A stretch of 64,000 bases of DNA from Bacteroidota bacterium (GCA_947470895.1 CANIVF010000018.1:2409-66408); one strand, 5' to 3'; shown: positions 1 to 10,925, counted from the stretch's first letter. Notes: generated from the sequence alone by a model not told the origin. Numbers and translations: made by a program.

Positions 1-1
1 G

Positions 2-1870
2 TTGTACAAACCTAACACGATGCCCTATTTCACTTTTAGGATGATGGGCCTTATCTGCACATTTGCATTTCTCGTTTTTGATACTAACTGGAGAGTACCC
101 TTTAATCAGATCTTCGCATCGTATAACAATAGCTACGCTGATTTATACCTGGCCCAAGGCAATGTTGAAACCGCTGAATTCTATTATAAAAAGTCCGTTT
201 TTTTCAGAAATCAAAATCATCATGCTCATTATGCACTGGCAGGAATTCAAGCCGCCAGACTTGAACCATTAAAAGAAATTGATGAATGGAAAATTGCCAG
301 TGAAAGTTTTCCGCCAGAACAAACGATTGTTAAACTGAGTGATGCATATAGGCGCAGCCACAAAACTGCCGAAGCATTGGATGTGATTGAGAAGGCTAAT
401 AAAAATCTTTTCAATCGGGCTGCGCTGTTAAATGCGAAGGGAATGATTTACAATCAACTGAATATGCCTGACTCAGCATTGTATGCCTTTAAGAAAGCAC
501 GCCAGTCGAGCCACATGAAAGAGATTGCAGAAACTAATTTACTAGCCAGCAGCGTTCGTTTTAAAGTTGCTTATCCGGCCGATTCTCTACTTCTCTTGCT
601 GGAATCAGATAAACAAGGACCAAAAACAAATGCACTGGCTCTGGCCAGTTTGCAACACACTCCCATAAAAATTGAATTTAATGTTGGCACCGATACCACA
701 TTGTCGGCAACAAAAGCTGCCTTCATGTGTAATTACTTCGTCAATCAACGGGAAACTGTTGATACCGCCTATATTAACAATGCCATCCAATTAGCAAGAC
801 GGCCGATCAATGAATCATTTAAAGATTACATCATCGTAGCTTCAGCACAAGCTTACTATGCACAGGGCATGGTTAAACGTGCGTTTGATCTAACCCGAGA
901 GGTCGCCTACAGAACTGGAAACGCAAAACACTTCTTATTACTTGGAATCTGGGCACTTGAACAAGGTAATCCGGAAATCGCATCAAACTATTTTGTGATG
1001 GCAAAAGATAAACAACATCGCACCGCCTTGTTTCATGAAGCCCTTGCACAAACTGAAGGCCTCAACTTTACGAATGCATTTATTTTGTGGGACAGTCTCT
1101 CCAGATCACCCGACTCATTATACCATCTGCCTGCTAGAAAATTGAAATCGTTTTTAAAAATGACTTCATCGCAGGTAGCCACAATGAATGACGAAAATAA
1201 ATACTTGTATTGCCGCTATAAGATTTCACTGGAAGATTCTACACAATTTCTAAAAGTGGTGAACAGCATTAGCACCGAGGAATTGAAAGCACGGGCATTG
1301 GTAGAGTATAGCAAAAAATGGTATGCACTTGATGAACACGAAAAAGCCGCACGCTATCTCAGCCTGATGGAAGGATTAACACCAGGCAAGGAAACCACAT
1401 GGGCGGAATTCCATTATTTGAATTGCATGTTGCTGGCTGATTCCAAAGATTGGGTGAGATTACACGAGAAGATAAACTCAGTTAGTCTGCTAAAGAAATA
1501 CTACCGCAATGAAACTATTTATTGGCAAGCACTGCTTGATGAAAAAGATGCGAAGTTGAAGGAGGCCAAAGAGAAATTTGTGTACTTGGGCAAGGCAAAT
1601 GTCTATTTTGAAGAAGGGCTTGTTACAGCATCGCAATTCTTAGCTAAAGACACCACTATTGACCGCATTACATCCTATTCGATACTGGTAGAAGGGCTGC
1701 TGGTGAAGCCAAATTCAGTTAAGCTATTGAAGGCTTACATCAAAGAAGCAGCCATCATTGGATTTGATGATGAAGCGCAAGAGAGTCTTGAAAAATTAAA
1801 GGTCCTCTTGCCGCGATCTTCCTTCAATCGGTATGTTAAGGAAAATCCGGATTTCTTCGATATCGAATAA
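2..1870 (+). CDS. TPR-like helical-repeat protein, N-terminus probably outside the window
   Basis: The frame is open from the window edge with no upstream stop. Composition is helical-repeat/TPR-like (ADLYLAQGNVETAEFYYKKS, AQAYYAQGMVKRAFDL). No specific family recognised. Confidence 0.45.
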   Translation: MYKPNTMPYFTFRMMGLICTFAFLVFDTNWRVPFNQIFASYNNSYADLYLAQGNVETAEFYYKKSVFFRNQNHHAHYALAGIQAARLEPLKEIDEWKIASESFPPEQTIVKLSDAYRRSHKTAEALDVIEKANKNLFNRAALLNAKGMIYNQLNMPDSALYAFKKARQSSHMKEIAETNLLASSVRFKVAYPADSLLLLLESDKQGPKTNALALASLQHTPIKIEFNVGTDTTLSATKAAFMCNYFVNQRETVDTAYINNAIQLARRPINESFKDYIIVASAQAYYAQGMVKRAFDLTREVAYRTGNAKHFLLLGIWALEQGNPEIASNYFVMAKDKQHRTALFHEALAQTEGLNFTNAFILWDSLSRSPDSLYHLPARKLKSFLKMTSSQVATMNDENKYLYCRYKISLEDSTQFLKVVNSISTEELKARALVEYSKKWYALDEHEKAARYLSLMEGLTPGKETTWAEFHYLNCMLLADSKDWVRLHEKINSVSLLKKYYRNETIYWQALLDEKDAKLKEAKEKFVYLGKANVYFEEGLVTASQFLAKDTTIDRITSYSILVEGLLVKPNSVKLLKAYIKEAAIIGFDDEAQESLEKLKVLLPRSSFNRYVKENPDFFDIE

Positions 1871-1912
1871 GTCAAATTCAAAAGCACCTGCATCAAAATG
1901 AAATTCAATCAT

Positions 1913-1920
1913 TACTTTTG
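1913..1920 (+). promoter_or_regulatory. Candidate Bacteroidota -7 promoter box (TACTTTTG) for gcvT
   Basis: Matches TAnnTTTG 18 nt upstream of the gcvT ATG. No clear -33 TTTG was seen. Confidence 0.3.
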
Positions 1921-1937
1921 CTCACTATATTAAAGCT

Positions 1938-3023
1938 ATGGAAACGAAACAAGTACCTCTCAACGATTTACATGTAAAACTAGGCGCTAAGATGGTGCCG
2001 TTTGCTGGCTATAATATGCCCGTGCGCTATTCGTCCGATATTGAAGAACACATGACCGTGCGCAATGGTGTGGGAGTTTTTGATGTTTCGCATATGGGTG
2101 AGTTTAAAGTGGTGGGACCACAAGCGTTGGATCTCATTCAGCGCATCACCAGCAACGATGCTTCAAAGTTGGTAGACGGCCAGGCTCAATATACGTGCTT
2201 ACCCAATGATCATGGTGGAATCGTTGATGATTTGATTGTATATCGCATTAAAGAAAACGATTACTTCATCGTGGTGAACGCATCTAATATTGAAAAAGAC
2301 TGGAATTGGTTTTCAAAACATAACACAAAAGGAGCAACGCTAAAGAATCTATCGGATGACATGTGTTTGTTTGCGGTGCAAGGGCCAAAGGCTATCGCTG
2401 TATTGCAGAAATTAACAAAGACCAATTTATCTGACATTAAATATTATCACTTCGCTTTTGGAGAGTTTGCTGAAGTTGAGGATGTGATCATGAGTAACAC
2501 GGGATATACCGGTGCCGGTGGCTTTGAGATCTATGTTGATAACAAATACGCAGAAAAAATCTGGAATGCTATTTTTGAAGCTGGTAAAGATGAAAACATT
2601 AAACCCATAGGCTTAGGTGCGCGTGATACACTGCGACTCGAAATGGGTTTCTGTTTATACGGAAATGATATTGACGACACTACGTCTCCATTAGAAGCCG
2701 GATTAGGTTGGATTACAAAATTCACAAAGGATTTCACCAACTCAGCCAACCTGAAAAAACAGAAAGAAGATGGTGTAACGAAAAAACTGGTAGGCTTCAA
2801 GATGATTGATAAAGGAATTCCGCGTCATGATTACCTTTTAAAAGATGCCTTTGAAAATATTATTGGAAAAGTGACTTCCGGAACTCAATCCCCCCTGCTG
2901 AGTATTGGCATTGGTTTAGGATATGTAACCACTGAATTCTCAGCACCTGGTTCAGAAATTTTTGTTGATGTTAGAGGACGAAATCTGAAGGCCCAAGTGA
3001 ATAAGTTACCTTTAATTGCTTAA
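1938..3023 (+). CDS. gcvT: Glycine cleavage system T protein (aminomethyltransferase)
   Basis: 361-aa ORF with typical GcvT motifs ([38 protein letters not shown]). Confidence 0.95.
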   Translation: METKQVPLNDLHVKLGAKMVPFAGYNMPVRYSSDIEEHMTVRNGVGVFDVSHMGEFKVVGPQALDLIQRITSNDASKLVDGQAQYTCLPNDHGGIVDDLIVYRIKENDYFIVVNASNIEKDWNWFSKHNTKGATLKNLSDDMCLFAVQGPKAIAVLQKLTKTNLSDIKYYHFAFGEFAEVEDVIMSNTGYTGAGGFEIYVDNKYAEKIWNAIFEAGKDENIKPIGLGARDTLRLEMGFCLYGNDIDDTTSPLEAGLGWITKFTKDFTNSANLKKQKEDGVTKKLVGFKMIDKGIPRHDYLLKDAFENIIGKVTSGTQSPLLSIGIGLGYVTTEFSAPGSEIFVDVRGRNLKAQVNKLPLIA

Positions 3024-3061
3024 GCGCGATTATAACTATCAAAAAATCATTTAATTACTTT

Positions 3062-3763
3062 ATGAAGACTATTGACGTTTGTTTAACTCCTGAACTGATT
3101 CATCTCTATTCATTAAAAGATAAAACAGTCGTCATTGTTGACATCCTGCGCGCAACCTCGTGTATGGTCACCGCGTTTGCTCATGGTGCCGAGCGCATTG
3201 TTCCCTTTGCACTTCAGGAAGATTGCCGACTCATGAAATCACGTGGTTATATTACTTCGGGTGAACGTGATGGGAAAAAGGTAGACGGTTTTGATAAGGG
3301 CAATTCTCCCTTTGAATATATGGGCACCGAAGTGACCGGTAAAAAAATTGCCTTCACCACAACCAATGGAACGCAAGCCATTGAAAAATCTAAACTGGCG
3401 AAGGAAGTGATCATCGGAAGTTTTCTGAACCTATCTTCGATCGTAAAGTATTTACTTTTCAGTCATAACAACATCTTGGTCGTTTGTGCCGGATGGAAAG
3501 GCAAAATAAATCTGGAGGACACATTGTTTGCTGGTGCATTAGTAGAGAAGCTCAAAAATCATATTGAACCAGACTGTGATGCTCCAATGGCGGCACAGCA
3601 TCTCTATAATCTTGCAAAAGATGATATGGTCAATTACCTTAAAAATTCCAGTCACGTAAAAAGATTGAATAGATTGAATATTCAGAAAGATATTGAGTTT
3701 TGTCTTACACCTGATCAATACACTGTTATTCCAAGATTGGTGAATCATGAATTGATTTGCTAA
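3062..3763 (+). CDS. comB: 2-phosphosulfolactate phosphatase family protein (ComB-like)
   Basis: 233 aa with ComB-family motifs (VVIVDILRATS, GERDG..VDGFDKGNSP, TTTNGT). Lies 38 nt after gcvT on the same strand. Confidence 0.7.
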   Translation: MKTIDVCLTPELIHLYSLKDKTVVIVDILRATSCMVTAFAHGAERIVPFALQEDCRLMKSRGYITSGERDGKKVDGFDKGNSPFEYMGTEVTGKKIAFTTTNGTQAIEKSKLAKEVIIGSFLNLSSIVKYLLFSHNNILVVCAGWKGKINLEDTLFAGALVEKLKNHIEPDCDAPMAAQHLYNLAKDDMVNYLKNSSHVKRLNRLNIQKDIEFCLTPDQYTVIPRLVNHELIC

Positions 3764-3805
3764 AAACTGAATGGTCTGCTCCCAGCAACTCATCAAAATC
3801 TAGTC

Positions 3806-4132
3806 TCACTTTAATTTTTGATTTTGGTGATGTCTGTCTTTATCACGAATGGTTTTCTTTTCAAGATTCTGCTGAAAGGCTTTAGTAAGATCCACACCAG
3901 TTTGATTGGCTAAACAAATCAACACCCAAAGCACATCTGCCATTTCATCACCGAGGTCTTTACTCTTATCCGATTCTTTTTCGGATTGTTCTCCATACCT
4001 TCGTGCCATGATGCGCGCCACCTCGCCCACTTCTTCAGTTAACATGGCCATGTTGGTTAATACGTTAAAGTAGCGGACACCATGCGATTTTATCCACTCA
4101 TCCACTTGCTGTTGGGCTTCCTGAAGAGTCAT
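3806..4132 (-). CDS. MazG-like nucleotide pyrophosphohydrolase (small single-domain form)
   Basis: 108 aa with EExGE-type motifs (LTEEVGEVARI, GDEMADVLWVL). Lies 11 nt downstream of the carboxyltransferase gene. Confidence 0.8.
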   Translation of the reverse strand: MTLQEAQQQVDEWIKSHGVRYFNVLTNMAMLTEEVGEVARIMARRYGEQSEKESDKSKDLGDEMADVLWVLICLANQTGVDLTKAFQQNLEKKTIRDKDRHHQNQKLK

Positions 4133-4143
4133 GTTTTTAATTG

Positions 4144-5715
4144 TTATAATGGTATGTTTCCGTGTTTCTTTTTAGGAAGTTTTGCGACCTTATTCTCCAG
4201 CATTGAAAAAGCCCGGATCAATTTTCCCCTGGTTTGATCAGGATAAATTACTTCATCAATGTAACCACGGAAAGCAGCACGATATGGATTGGCAAACTTT
4301 CGTGTATACTCGTCCACCTTCTCATTCAGTTTTGCTTCCGGATTTTCTGCTTCAGCGATTTCCTTTTTGAAGATTATTTCAGCTGCGCCTTTGGCTCCCA
4401 TCACAGCAATTTCTGCGGTTGGCCAGGCATAATTTAAATCTGCACCAATGTGTTTTGAGTTCATCACATCATAAGCGCCACCATACGCTTTGCGAGTAAT
4501 AACGGTAACGCGAGGCACGGTCGCTTCTGAAAACGCATACAATAACTTTGCACCGTTAGTGATGATGGCATTCCACTCCTGATCCGTTCCTGGCAAGAAG
4601 CCAGGCACATCTTCAAGTACCAACAAGGGGATATTAAAACAATCACAGAACCTGACAAAGCGAGCACCTTTCACGCTGGCATCAATATCCAACACACCGG
4701 CAAGAGCAGCAGGTTGATTACCAACGATACCAATACTTCTCCCTGCTAAACGAGCAAAACCCACTACAATATTTTCCGCGAAATTTTTATGCACTTCTAA
4801 AAACGATTGATCATCAACGATTCCATTGATGACCTCCCGGACGTCATACGGTTGATTGGGATTGGATGGAATAATTTCATTCAGAGCCGGGCGCGCTTCA
4901 TTGGTATGGTTATACGGAAGATGAGGCGTGGTGTCGTCACAATTTTGCGGAACATAACTGAACAGCTGTTTAATTTGATTAAGGCACTCAGCTTCATTCG
5001 CGCAAGCAAAATGAGTGACCCCACTTTTTGTGCTGTGCGTAGATGCTCCGCCAAGTTCCTCTGCTGTTACATTCTCATGAGTAACTGTCTTTACTACGCT
5101 AGGTCCCGTTACAAACATGAACGAAGTGTTTTCCACCATGAAAATAAAATCAGTTATGGCTGGTGAGTAAACCGCGCCACCGGCACACGGCCCCATGATA
5201 GCCGAAATCTGGGGCACCACACCTGATGCCATTACATTGCGATAAAAAATATCGGCATAGCCACCAAGAGATACCACACCTTCCTGAATACGTGCTCCGC
5301 CAGAATCATTCAATCCTATTACAGGCGCCCCATTCTTCATAGCGAGTTCCATAATCTTAATAATCTTCTCCGCATGTGTCTCAGAAAGTGATCCACCAAA
5401 CACAGTGAAGTCTTGCGAAAATACATAGACCAGCCTACCTTGAATGGTGCCATAGCCGGTGATTACTCCATCACCCAGGTAATGTTCTTTATCTAACCCA
5501 AAATCTTTACTGCGATGCATCACAAATTTTCCGAGTTCTTCAAATGAACCTTCATCCAACAGAAGAAGCACCCGCTCCCGAGCCGTTAGTTTTCCTTTAG
5601 CGTGTTGTTGTTCAATGCGTTTTTCTCCACCGCCCAAAAGTGATTCAAGGTTTTTTCTTTCCAGTTCATCAAACTTAGGTTGAAGGTCTTCAGAGTTGAC
5701 TTTTCGCTTCGCCAT
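4144..5715 (-). CDS. Acyl-CoA carboxylase carboxyltransferase subunit (propionyl-CoA carboxylase beta / methylmalonyl-CoA decarboxylase alpha family)
   Basis: 523 aa with carboxyl_trans domain motifs ([41 protein letters not shown]). Confidence 0.92.
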   Translation of the reverse strand: MAKRKVNSEDLQPKFDELERKNLESLLGGGEKRIEQQHAKGKLTARERVLLLLDEGSFEELGKFVMHRSKDFGLDKEHYLGDGVITGYGTIQGRLVYVFSQDFTVFGGSLSETHAEKIIKIMELAMKNGAPVIGLNDSGGARIQEGVVSLGGYADIFYRNVMASGVVPQISAIMGPCAGGAVYSPAITDFIFMVENTSFMFVTGPSVVKTVTHENVTAEELGGASTHSTKSGVTHFACANEAECLNQIKQLFSYVPQNCDDTTPHLPYNHTNEARPALNEIIPSNPNQPYDVREVINGIVDDQSFLEVHKNFAENIVVGFARLAGRSIGIVGNQPAALAGVLDIDASVKGARFVRFCDCFNIPLLVLEDVPGFLPGTDQEWNAIITNGAKLLYAFSEATVPRVTVITRKAYGGAYDVMNSKHIGADLNYAWPTAEIAVMGAKGAAEIIFKKEIAEAENPEAKLNEKVDEYTRKFANPYRAAFRGYIDEVIYPDQTRGKLIRAFSMLENKVAKLPKKKHGNIPL

Positions 5716-5734
5716 AATTCATATTTATAGTACT

Positions 5735-5742
5735 CAAATATA
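5735..5742 (-). promoter_or_regulatory. Candidate -7 promoter box (TATATTTG on minus strand) for the carboxyltransferase-MazG unit
   Basis: Matches TAnnTTTG about 20 nt upstream of the ATG at 5715. No -33 element was seen. Confidence 0.3.
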
Positions 5743-5792
5743 GTTATTGTTAGAGCTGATCGTGTATCTTGGCTCACTGAAATAAGCGCATT

Positions 5793-6704
5793 ATGAAGCA
5801 CGTGGCAATCATCGATATGGGTACTAATACTTTTCATTTAATGCTGGCCACCATTACCTCAGAAGGTTTCATGATTAACCATCGCGAAAAAGCGGCTGTG
5901 AAAATCGGGATGGGCGGAATCAATGAGGGCTACATTACCGATGATGGTATTGAGCGGGCCGTTAAAGCGATGAAAGAGTTTAAGACAACAATTCAAGATG
6001 CAAGAATTGAAAATGCGTTGGCCTTGGGTACCAGTGCTCTTCGCAATGCCAGGAATGGTGAAGAAGTTGTTAAAAGAATTGAAGCTGAATCAGGAATTAA
6101 AACTCACATTATATCCGGCATACAAGAAGCAGAGTATATCTATAAAGGCGCCAAAGCCTCCATGAACATTGGGTCAGAAAAATCACTGATCATGGATATT
6201 GGAGGTGGAAGTGTTGAATTTATCATCGGTAACAATCAGAAAATATTCTGGAGTCATAGTTTTGAAATTGGTGGTCAACGATTGCTTGAAAAATTTCAGA
6301 AACATGATCCTATTTTAAAAGAAGAAGTTACAGATCTATTTTTGTTCTTTGAAAAGGAACTCGTTATACTTCTAACCGAATTAAAAATACACAATCCCAA
6401 AACTCTTATTGGATCATCCGGCACTTTCGATACGCTCAGCGATATTTATTGTTGGAAAAACAACCTTCCTCTCAACGATACCCCAGAGACTCCATTTAAC
6501 ATGGATGCGTTTGATAACATCTATGAAGAATTTCTTCTGAAGGATAGAGCAGCCCGCATGCAAATACCCGGCATGATTGAATTACGGGTTGATATGATTG
6601 TCGTGGCCTGTTGTCTTATCGAATTCATACTTAGCAAACATGCTTTTGATAGGATAAGGGTAACTTCCTATTCATTAAAAGAAGGTGTGCTTGCAAGTTT
6701 ATAG
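5793..6704 (+). CDS. Ppx/GppA-family phosphatase (exopolyphosphatase-like)
   Basis: 303 aa with actin-fold ATPase motifs (IDMGTNTFHL, DIGGGSVEF, GSSGTF). Confidence 0.8.
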   Translation: MKHVAIIDMGTNTFHLMLATITSEGFMINHREKAAVKIGMGGINEGYITDDGIERAVKAMKEFKTTIQDARIENALALGTSALRNARNGEEVVKRIEAESGIKTHIISGIQEAEYIYKGAKASMNIGSEKSLIMDIGGGSVEFIIGNNQKIFWSHSFEIGGQRLLEKFQKHDPILKEEVTDLFLFFEKELVILLTELKIHNPKTLIGSSGTFDTLSDIYCWKNNLPLNDTPETPFNMDAFDNIYEEFLLKDRAARMQIPGMIELRVDMIVVACCLIEFILSKHAFDRIRVTSYSLKEGVLASL

Positions 6705-6780
6705 CATAGTGATATGTCAACTGCGCATAAACAAATTCAAGTCGAAAAAATAAGCGAAAGAGGGAGAAGAAAGAACTGGT

Positions 6781-8394
6781 TTAATTTAAACCAGTAATCT
6801 GCTTGTCCTTCGGATATTTCACTTCAAACTTATACTGCACCTTTCTGGTTTCACTTGGCTTGATTTCCAGATTCCAAATTAAGTTTCCGGTTTGTTTATT
6901 ATAGTTTGCACCAGCCATATCGAGTGGAGTTACTTCAATCTGGGTGTTTTGAGAAACTGGTAGCTGATCTTCCAAATTAATTTTTATTGTTTCCGTTTTG
7001 GAATTCCTGATGCTGATCTCCCAGGTATAGTTTTCTTTCTTTGAGCCACCGATCACGGTTCGGGATGTTAGATCTTTCAGTTTATCGCGTTTAACTACAA
7101 TTCTTTTATCACGTCCAAGAGAAAGAGCAAGCGTGTCTTTTAGATTATTGGGATCGATATATGAGTTTCCTACAAAAGTTCCTTCAAAAAAAATATTTGC
7201 TTCTCCCGGCAATAAACTAAACTCCTCCCATCCCAAGGCTTTGGCGATCAGAAATGCGTCCGAATCCAATTTAGGAACTACGGAGTAACTATACTCCGCG
7301 TTCATTTCATAATTGTGTATGTCTACAACGGTTGGCTTTGGTGACGATGAAACAGAATATGGAATTGAAATATCAAATTCAGTATTTAAAGAAGTCTGTA
7401 TATTCGAAACAAATTCTGAAACAGACTGCGCTGCAACCATAGTTTCTTCAACTACCATTTCCATTCTCGCCTCGGATTTCATAGCCGCGGACCTATATGC
7501 TTTTTCCTTGCGCTCAGCTTCATATACAATCGGATTATAAAAATCCAGATACCAGGAATATAATTCTGGTTTCAATCCGCTTTGATTAGGATTGGCCGTG
7601 GACAATCTAAGTTTTACGTTCTTCCATTCCTCACCGGTCCCCTGATACACGTTTGCCTTGTAGCTAAGCTGTAATGGACTTTTGGTGTTGATTGCTCTTA
7701 CATCATACACGGCATTCCATCCTGCATTTGCTACTACATAACTTACTCTTAACTCTCCCTGCGTTGCTACCTCAGACGAAACGTTAATCACTACCTCGCT
7801 GGTGTTTCTGAGGTACATTTCGTTTTGCTCATTGAATTGCATGTTGAGTTTGGAAATCCGCTCGTTCACCTTTTTTACTTTCTCATCCAGCTTCATACGC
7901 GATGTTACAATATCACCCAACCTGCTGCGATAAAAATCCGCCATCGCCTTTAACTCCGCTACTGTTAGGTTCTGATTTGTTCCTCCAATTTTCTGATTAC
8001 TCAAAAGCATTTGTTCTTCTTTACTTAAAATCTCTTTTTGGCTTTGCTCTAACACGACTTGCTTTTGCAAAAGATCAATGGAATCTTTCAACAACCTAAG
8101 TGCCTTTGGCATGTTCAAATCGATGAGATAGTTTTGTTGTTGACTAATGCCGAGGATAATAAAATTTCCCTTTCCGGTCGCCTGAATACTTTGGGGATCA
8201 AGTTGAGAAGTTAATCCTTTGAGAACGAGGCTGGTCTTACCCGCTTCCAGTCTTGTTTTTAACTCACGAGTCACTTGGGCTTTATTTAGAAAAACAGTGA
8301 CTTCAACGATTTTTGAATCCACCTGCTTTTCAATTTGACCAAATACAGTGGCCGAAATCAGGATCAGAATGGATGACACAATTATCTTTTTCAT
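6781..8394 (-). CDS. DUF4140/DUF4139 (MuiA-like) exported protein with central coiled coil
   Basis: The start was moved to the ATG at 8394, which gives MKKIIVSSILILISATVFGQ (a signal peptide). The N-terminal DUF4140-like stretch (VEVTVFLNKAQVTRE..LVLKGLTSQLDPQSIQ) and long C-terminal beta region fit this family. Confidence 0.75.
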   Translation of the reverse strand: MKKIIVSSILILISATVFGQIEKQVDSKIVEVTVFLNKAQVTRELKTRLEAGKTSLVLKGLTSQLDPQSIQATGKGNFIILGISQQQNYLIDLNMPKALRLLKDSIDLLQKQVVLEQSQKEILSKEEQMLLSNQKIGGTNQNLTVAELKAMADFYRSRLGDIVTSRMKLDEKVKKVNERISKLNMQFNEQNEMYLRNTSEVVINVSSEVATQGELRVSYVVANAGWNAVYDVRAINTKSPLQLSYKANVYQGTGEEWKNVKLRLSTANPNQSGLKPELYSWYLDFYNPIVYEAERKEKAYRSAAMKSEARMEMVVEETMVAAQSVSEFVSNIQTSLNTEFDISIPYSVSSSPKPTVVDIHNYEMNAEYSYSVVPKLDSDAFLIAKALGWEEFSLLPGEANIFFEGTFVGNSYIDPNNLKDTLALSLGRDKRIVVKRDKLKDLTSRTVIGGSKKENYTWEISIRNSKTETIKINLEDQLPVSQNTQIEVTPLDMAGANYNKQTGNLIWNLEIKPSETRKVQYKFEVKYPKDKQITGLN

Positions 8395-8495
8395 TTTTTT
8401 AAATTTAAGATGCATGCAAAAGCGAATTTCCACATTATCAACGATATTTTTTTTCATATCCTTGCTTATTAAACGCAATACAACACATTTGTGAT

Positions 8496-9575
8496 ATGAA
8501 AGAAATGACATTAACCTATAGCCAATTGTGGCAATTTGCCTATTCTGTTTTCAAGAAAATAAATTGTCCGGAAGATCAGGCTCGTTTAGCAACCGATGTG
8601 TTATTAAGTGCTGACTTAAGAGGTATCGATTCGCATGGCATTGCGAGGCTATCAGGCTATGTTCGACTTTGGGAAGTAAACCGGGTGAACAGTAACCCCA
8701 ACATAAAAATTGTTCATGAAACGCCTAGTACAGCAGTGGTAGATGGAGATAGCGGACTGGGTTTAGTGATTGCTCCCAAGGCTATGGAGATTGCTATTCA
8801 AAAAGCAAATCAAGTGGGCACAGGTTGGGTTGCGGTAAAAAACTCAAACCATTTTGGCATTGCCGGCTATCATTCTATGATGGCATTAAAACATGATATG
8901 ATTGGGATGGCCATGACTAATGCAAGTCCACTGGTTGCGCCTACTTTTTCTGTGGAAAGATTATTAGGAACAAATCCCATTTGTGTTGCCATTCCAGCTG
9001 GGGAACAACCCGCCTTTGTGGCTGACTTTGCTACCACCACCGCGGCCAATGGCAAGCTCGAAATTTTGCAACGAAAAAATCAGGATGCTCCTGAAGGATG
9101 GATTCAAAAAAAGGACGGGAGTATTTCTACCAACCCAAATGAATTGAAAGATGGTGGTGCGCTGTTACCCCTTGGCGGTGATCGTGAACATGGAAGTCAT
9201 AAGGGATTTTGTTTAGGGGCATGGGTGGATATATTTTCTGCTGTTTTAAGCGGTGCTAATTACGGTCCGTGGGTTCCTCCTTTTGTAAGTTTTCTGGCAC
9301 CGCCAGCAGATCCTGTTGGCGATGGAATTGGACATTTTTTTGGTGCCATGAGAGTTGACGCCTTTAGGCCTGCTGATGATTTTAAGAAACACATGGATAA
9401 TTGGATTACGCGATTCCGTTCAGCAAAAACAGTAGAAGGACAATCTCACCTTATCATACCTGGTGACCCTGAGCGTGAATGCGAACTAGAGCGTATGCAG
9501 AATGGCTTTACACTAAATTCTAAAGTGGCAGTAGATCTTCAAGCCTTAGGAGCTAAGCTTGGAGTGAACTTATAA
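8496..9575 (+). CDS. Ldh_2 family oxidoreductase (malate/L-lactate/sulfolactate dehydrogenase type 2)
   Basis: 359 aa with motifs GIDSHGIARL, NSNHFGIAGY and GSHKG. Confidence 0.85.
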   Translation: MKEMTLTYSQLWQFAYSVFKKINCPEDQARLATDVLLSADLRGIDSHGIARLSGYVRLWEVNRVNSNPNIKIVHETPSTAVVDGDSGLGLVIAPKAMEIAIQKANQVGTGWVAVKNSNHFGIAGYHSMMALKHDMIGMAMTNASPLVAPTFSVERLLGTNPICVAIPAGEQPAFVADFATTTAANGKLEILQRKNQDAPEGWIQKKDGSISTNPNELKDGGALLPLGGDREHGSHKGFCLGAWVDIFSAVLSGANYGPWVPPFVSFLAPPADPVGDGIGHFFGAMRVDAFRPADDFKKHMDNWITRFRSAKTVEGQSHLIIPGDPERECELERMQNGFTLNSKVAVDLQALGAKLGVNL

Positions 9576-9577
9576 TA

Positions 9578-10114
9578 TCAAAAGGAAAAGAAAACGCGGA
9601 AAACCCAAGGCGAAGCAAAGGCGCGCTCTTGTTGATCATAGATTACATCATATAAAGCCATGGCATTAATGGATCCTCTGCGCTGACCAAATGGCTGGGA
9701 GTAACCCAATCCCAACAGTAAACGATCATATGTTCTTCGCTGGGTCAAATTGTAGGTGGGGGTGTTTATTAAATTGTATTCGCCATAAGCAAATAGCTGA
9801 CTAAAATTATATCGGACAAAAGGACTTACACCATATTGATCAATATTCAACTTAACAGGTTCGGAGTAACTGTAGCGCTGCCAGTTTAATCCCGTTCCAA
9901 CTGAAAGCTTAGTATCAATCATGTATCCAATAATTGGATTAAGCGCAAAATAAAAATATCGATTTCCGTAAGCATCTGCGCCTCCATTCAAACCTAATCC
10001 ACCGCCCATATAAAGTCTATCTTTGGCAGACCAGCCTGCTCCTTCATCGATGGTGCGTTGGGCAAAGCAACTGAGTGAAAGAAAACAAAAAATTGCCAGA
10101 ATTGAAATTTTCAT
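9578..10114 (-). CDS. Small outer-membrane beta-barrel-like protein
   Basis: 178 aa with a signal peptide (MKISILAIFCFLSLSCFAQ), an alternating aromatic/Gly pattern and a C-terminal Phe. Confidence 0.55.
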   Translation of the reverse strand: MKISILAIFCFLSLSCFAQRTIDEGAGWSAKDRLYMGGGLGLNGGADAYGNRYFYFALNPIIGYMIDTKLSVGTGLNWQRYSYSEPVKLNIDQYGVSPFVRYNFSQLFAYGEYNLINTPTYNLTQRRTYDRLLLGLGYSQPFGQRRGSINAMALYDVIYDQQERAFASPWVFRVFFSF

Positions 10115-10125
10115 ATTTGACCTGA

Positions 10126-10419
10126 TTAGTCTTTATCTTGAATAATAAAAAGATCCTCACTTTCCTTCTTCATCAGATACTTTTCGCGAGCAAATTTCTC
10201 CAAAAGTTCTTTATTCGTAAGCAGCTCACTTCTGTCCTTTTCTACATCCGCTATTTTTTGCTGATAAAATTCTTTTTCTTTATCAAGGCTACTGCGTTTG
10301 GAGGACATTTTAAATCTTGAAATCAAATCGTTGGAATCTAAAAATATCATCCAAAGGAGAAATAAGATGGCTGTTACCGAATAAAAATTTTTGAGGGCAG
10401 GAGGTAGCTTCTTCAGCAT
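10126..10419 (-). CDS. ftsB: Septum formation initiator (FtsB/DivIC family)
   Basis: 97 aa with one TM segment, a coiled coil and the typical C-terminal FAREKYLMKKESEDLF motif. The position downstream of eno is conserved in many bacteria. Confidence 0.75.
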   Translation of the reverse strand: MLKKLPPALKNFYSVTAILFLLWMIFLDSNDLISRFKMSSKRSSLDKEKEFYQQKIADVEKDRSELLTNKELLEKFAREKYLMKKESEDLFIIQDKD

Positions 10420-10456
10420 AAAAGTTTAAAAAATGGATATACGAAGATATGGATTA

Positions 10457-10503
10457 AAACTTAAAAGGCGCAAATCAGAAATTTAGTGGATCTGATTTGC
10501 GCC
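10457..10503 (-). terminator. Rho-independent terminator after the DUF2147-like gene
   Basis: A 13-bp perfect stem (GGCGCAAATCAGA/TCTGATTTGCGCC) is followed on the minus strand by TTTTAAGTTT. Confidence 0.65.
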
Positions 10504-10508
10504 ATTCA

Positions 10509-10925
10509 TTACGATACAAATTGTTTCCACTCTTGAGAAAAAGCCAGATTTTCGGAATTGGGATAATAGGCTTTGATTTGAATTAACCCTTTTCGTTTCA
10601 TGCTCAGGTTTATTTCGTAATGCTTTCCTGTTATTGGATCATAGTACTTACCCTTGCCCTTCTTTGATCTGTCAAATCTTAAATTCTCTACTACTTTAAA
10701 GCCAAGCAATCTATCCGTTCCATTGGCCCAAATGACTGAACCCTGAAACACCGAGTCGACCTCATGAAGTAATATTCTCACGTTTTGCGCTTCGTTTAGC
10801 CAAATCCCTCCAAAAATCAAGCTGACGGGAGAAGACTCAAGATTATTAACTAATAGAACCAGGACCATTACTCCCAAAGCCAGAACGACAAATGAAATCA
10901 ACAACACGTTTGTTCCCATAACCAC
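10509..10925 (-). CDS. DUF2147-like membrane-anchored protein
   Basis: N-terminal TM segment plus a YDPITGKHYEINLSMKRKGLIQIKAY segment resembling DUF2147. The start may be the ATG at 10919 rather than the GTG at 10925. Confidence 0.55.
   Translation of the reverse strand: MVMGTNVLLISFVVLALGVMVLVLLVNNLESSPVSLIFGGIWLNEAQNVRILLHEVDSVFQGSVIWANGTDRLLGFKVVENLRFDRSKKGKGKYYDPITGKHYEINLSMKRKGLIQIKAYYPNSENLAFSQEWKQFVS

Noticed and set aside
8395-8511. N-terminal 39-codon extension of the DUF4139 ORF, overlapping the start of the Ldh_2 gene
   Set aside because: The extension has no protein-like features. The internal ATG at 8394 gives a canonical signal peptide (MKKIIVSSILILISATVFGQ), so the longer ORF is an artefact of longest-ORF calling.
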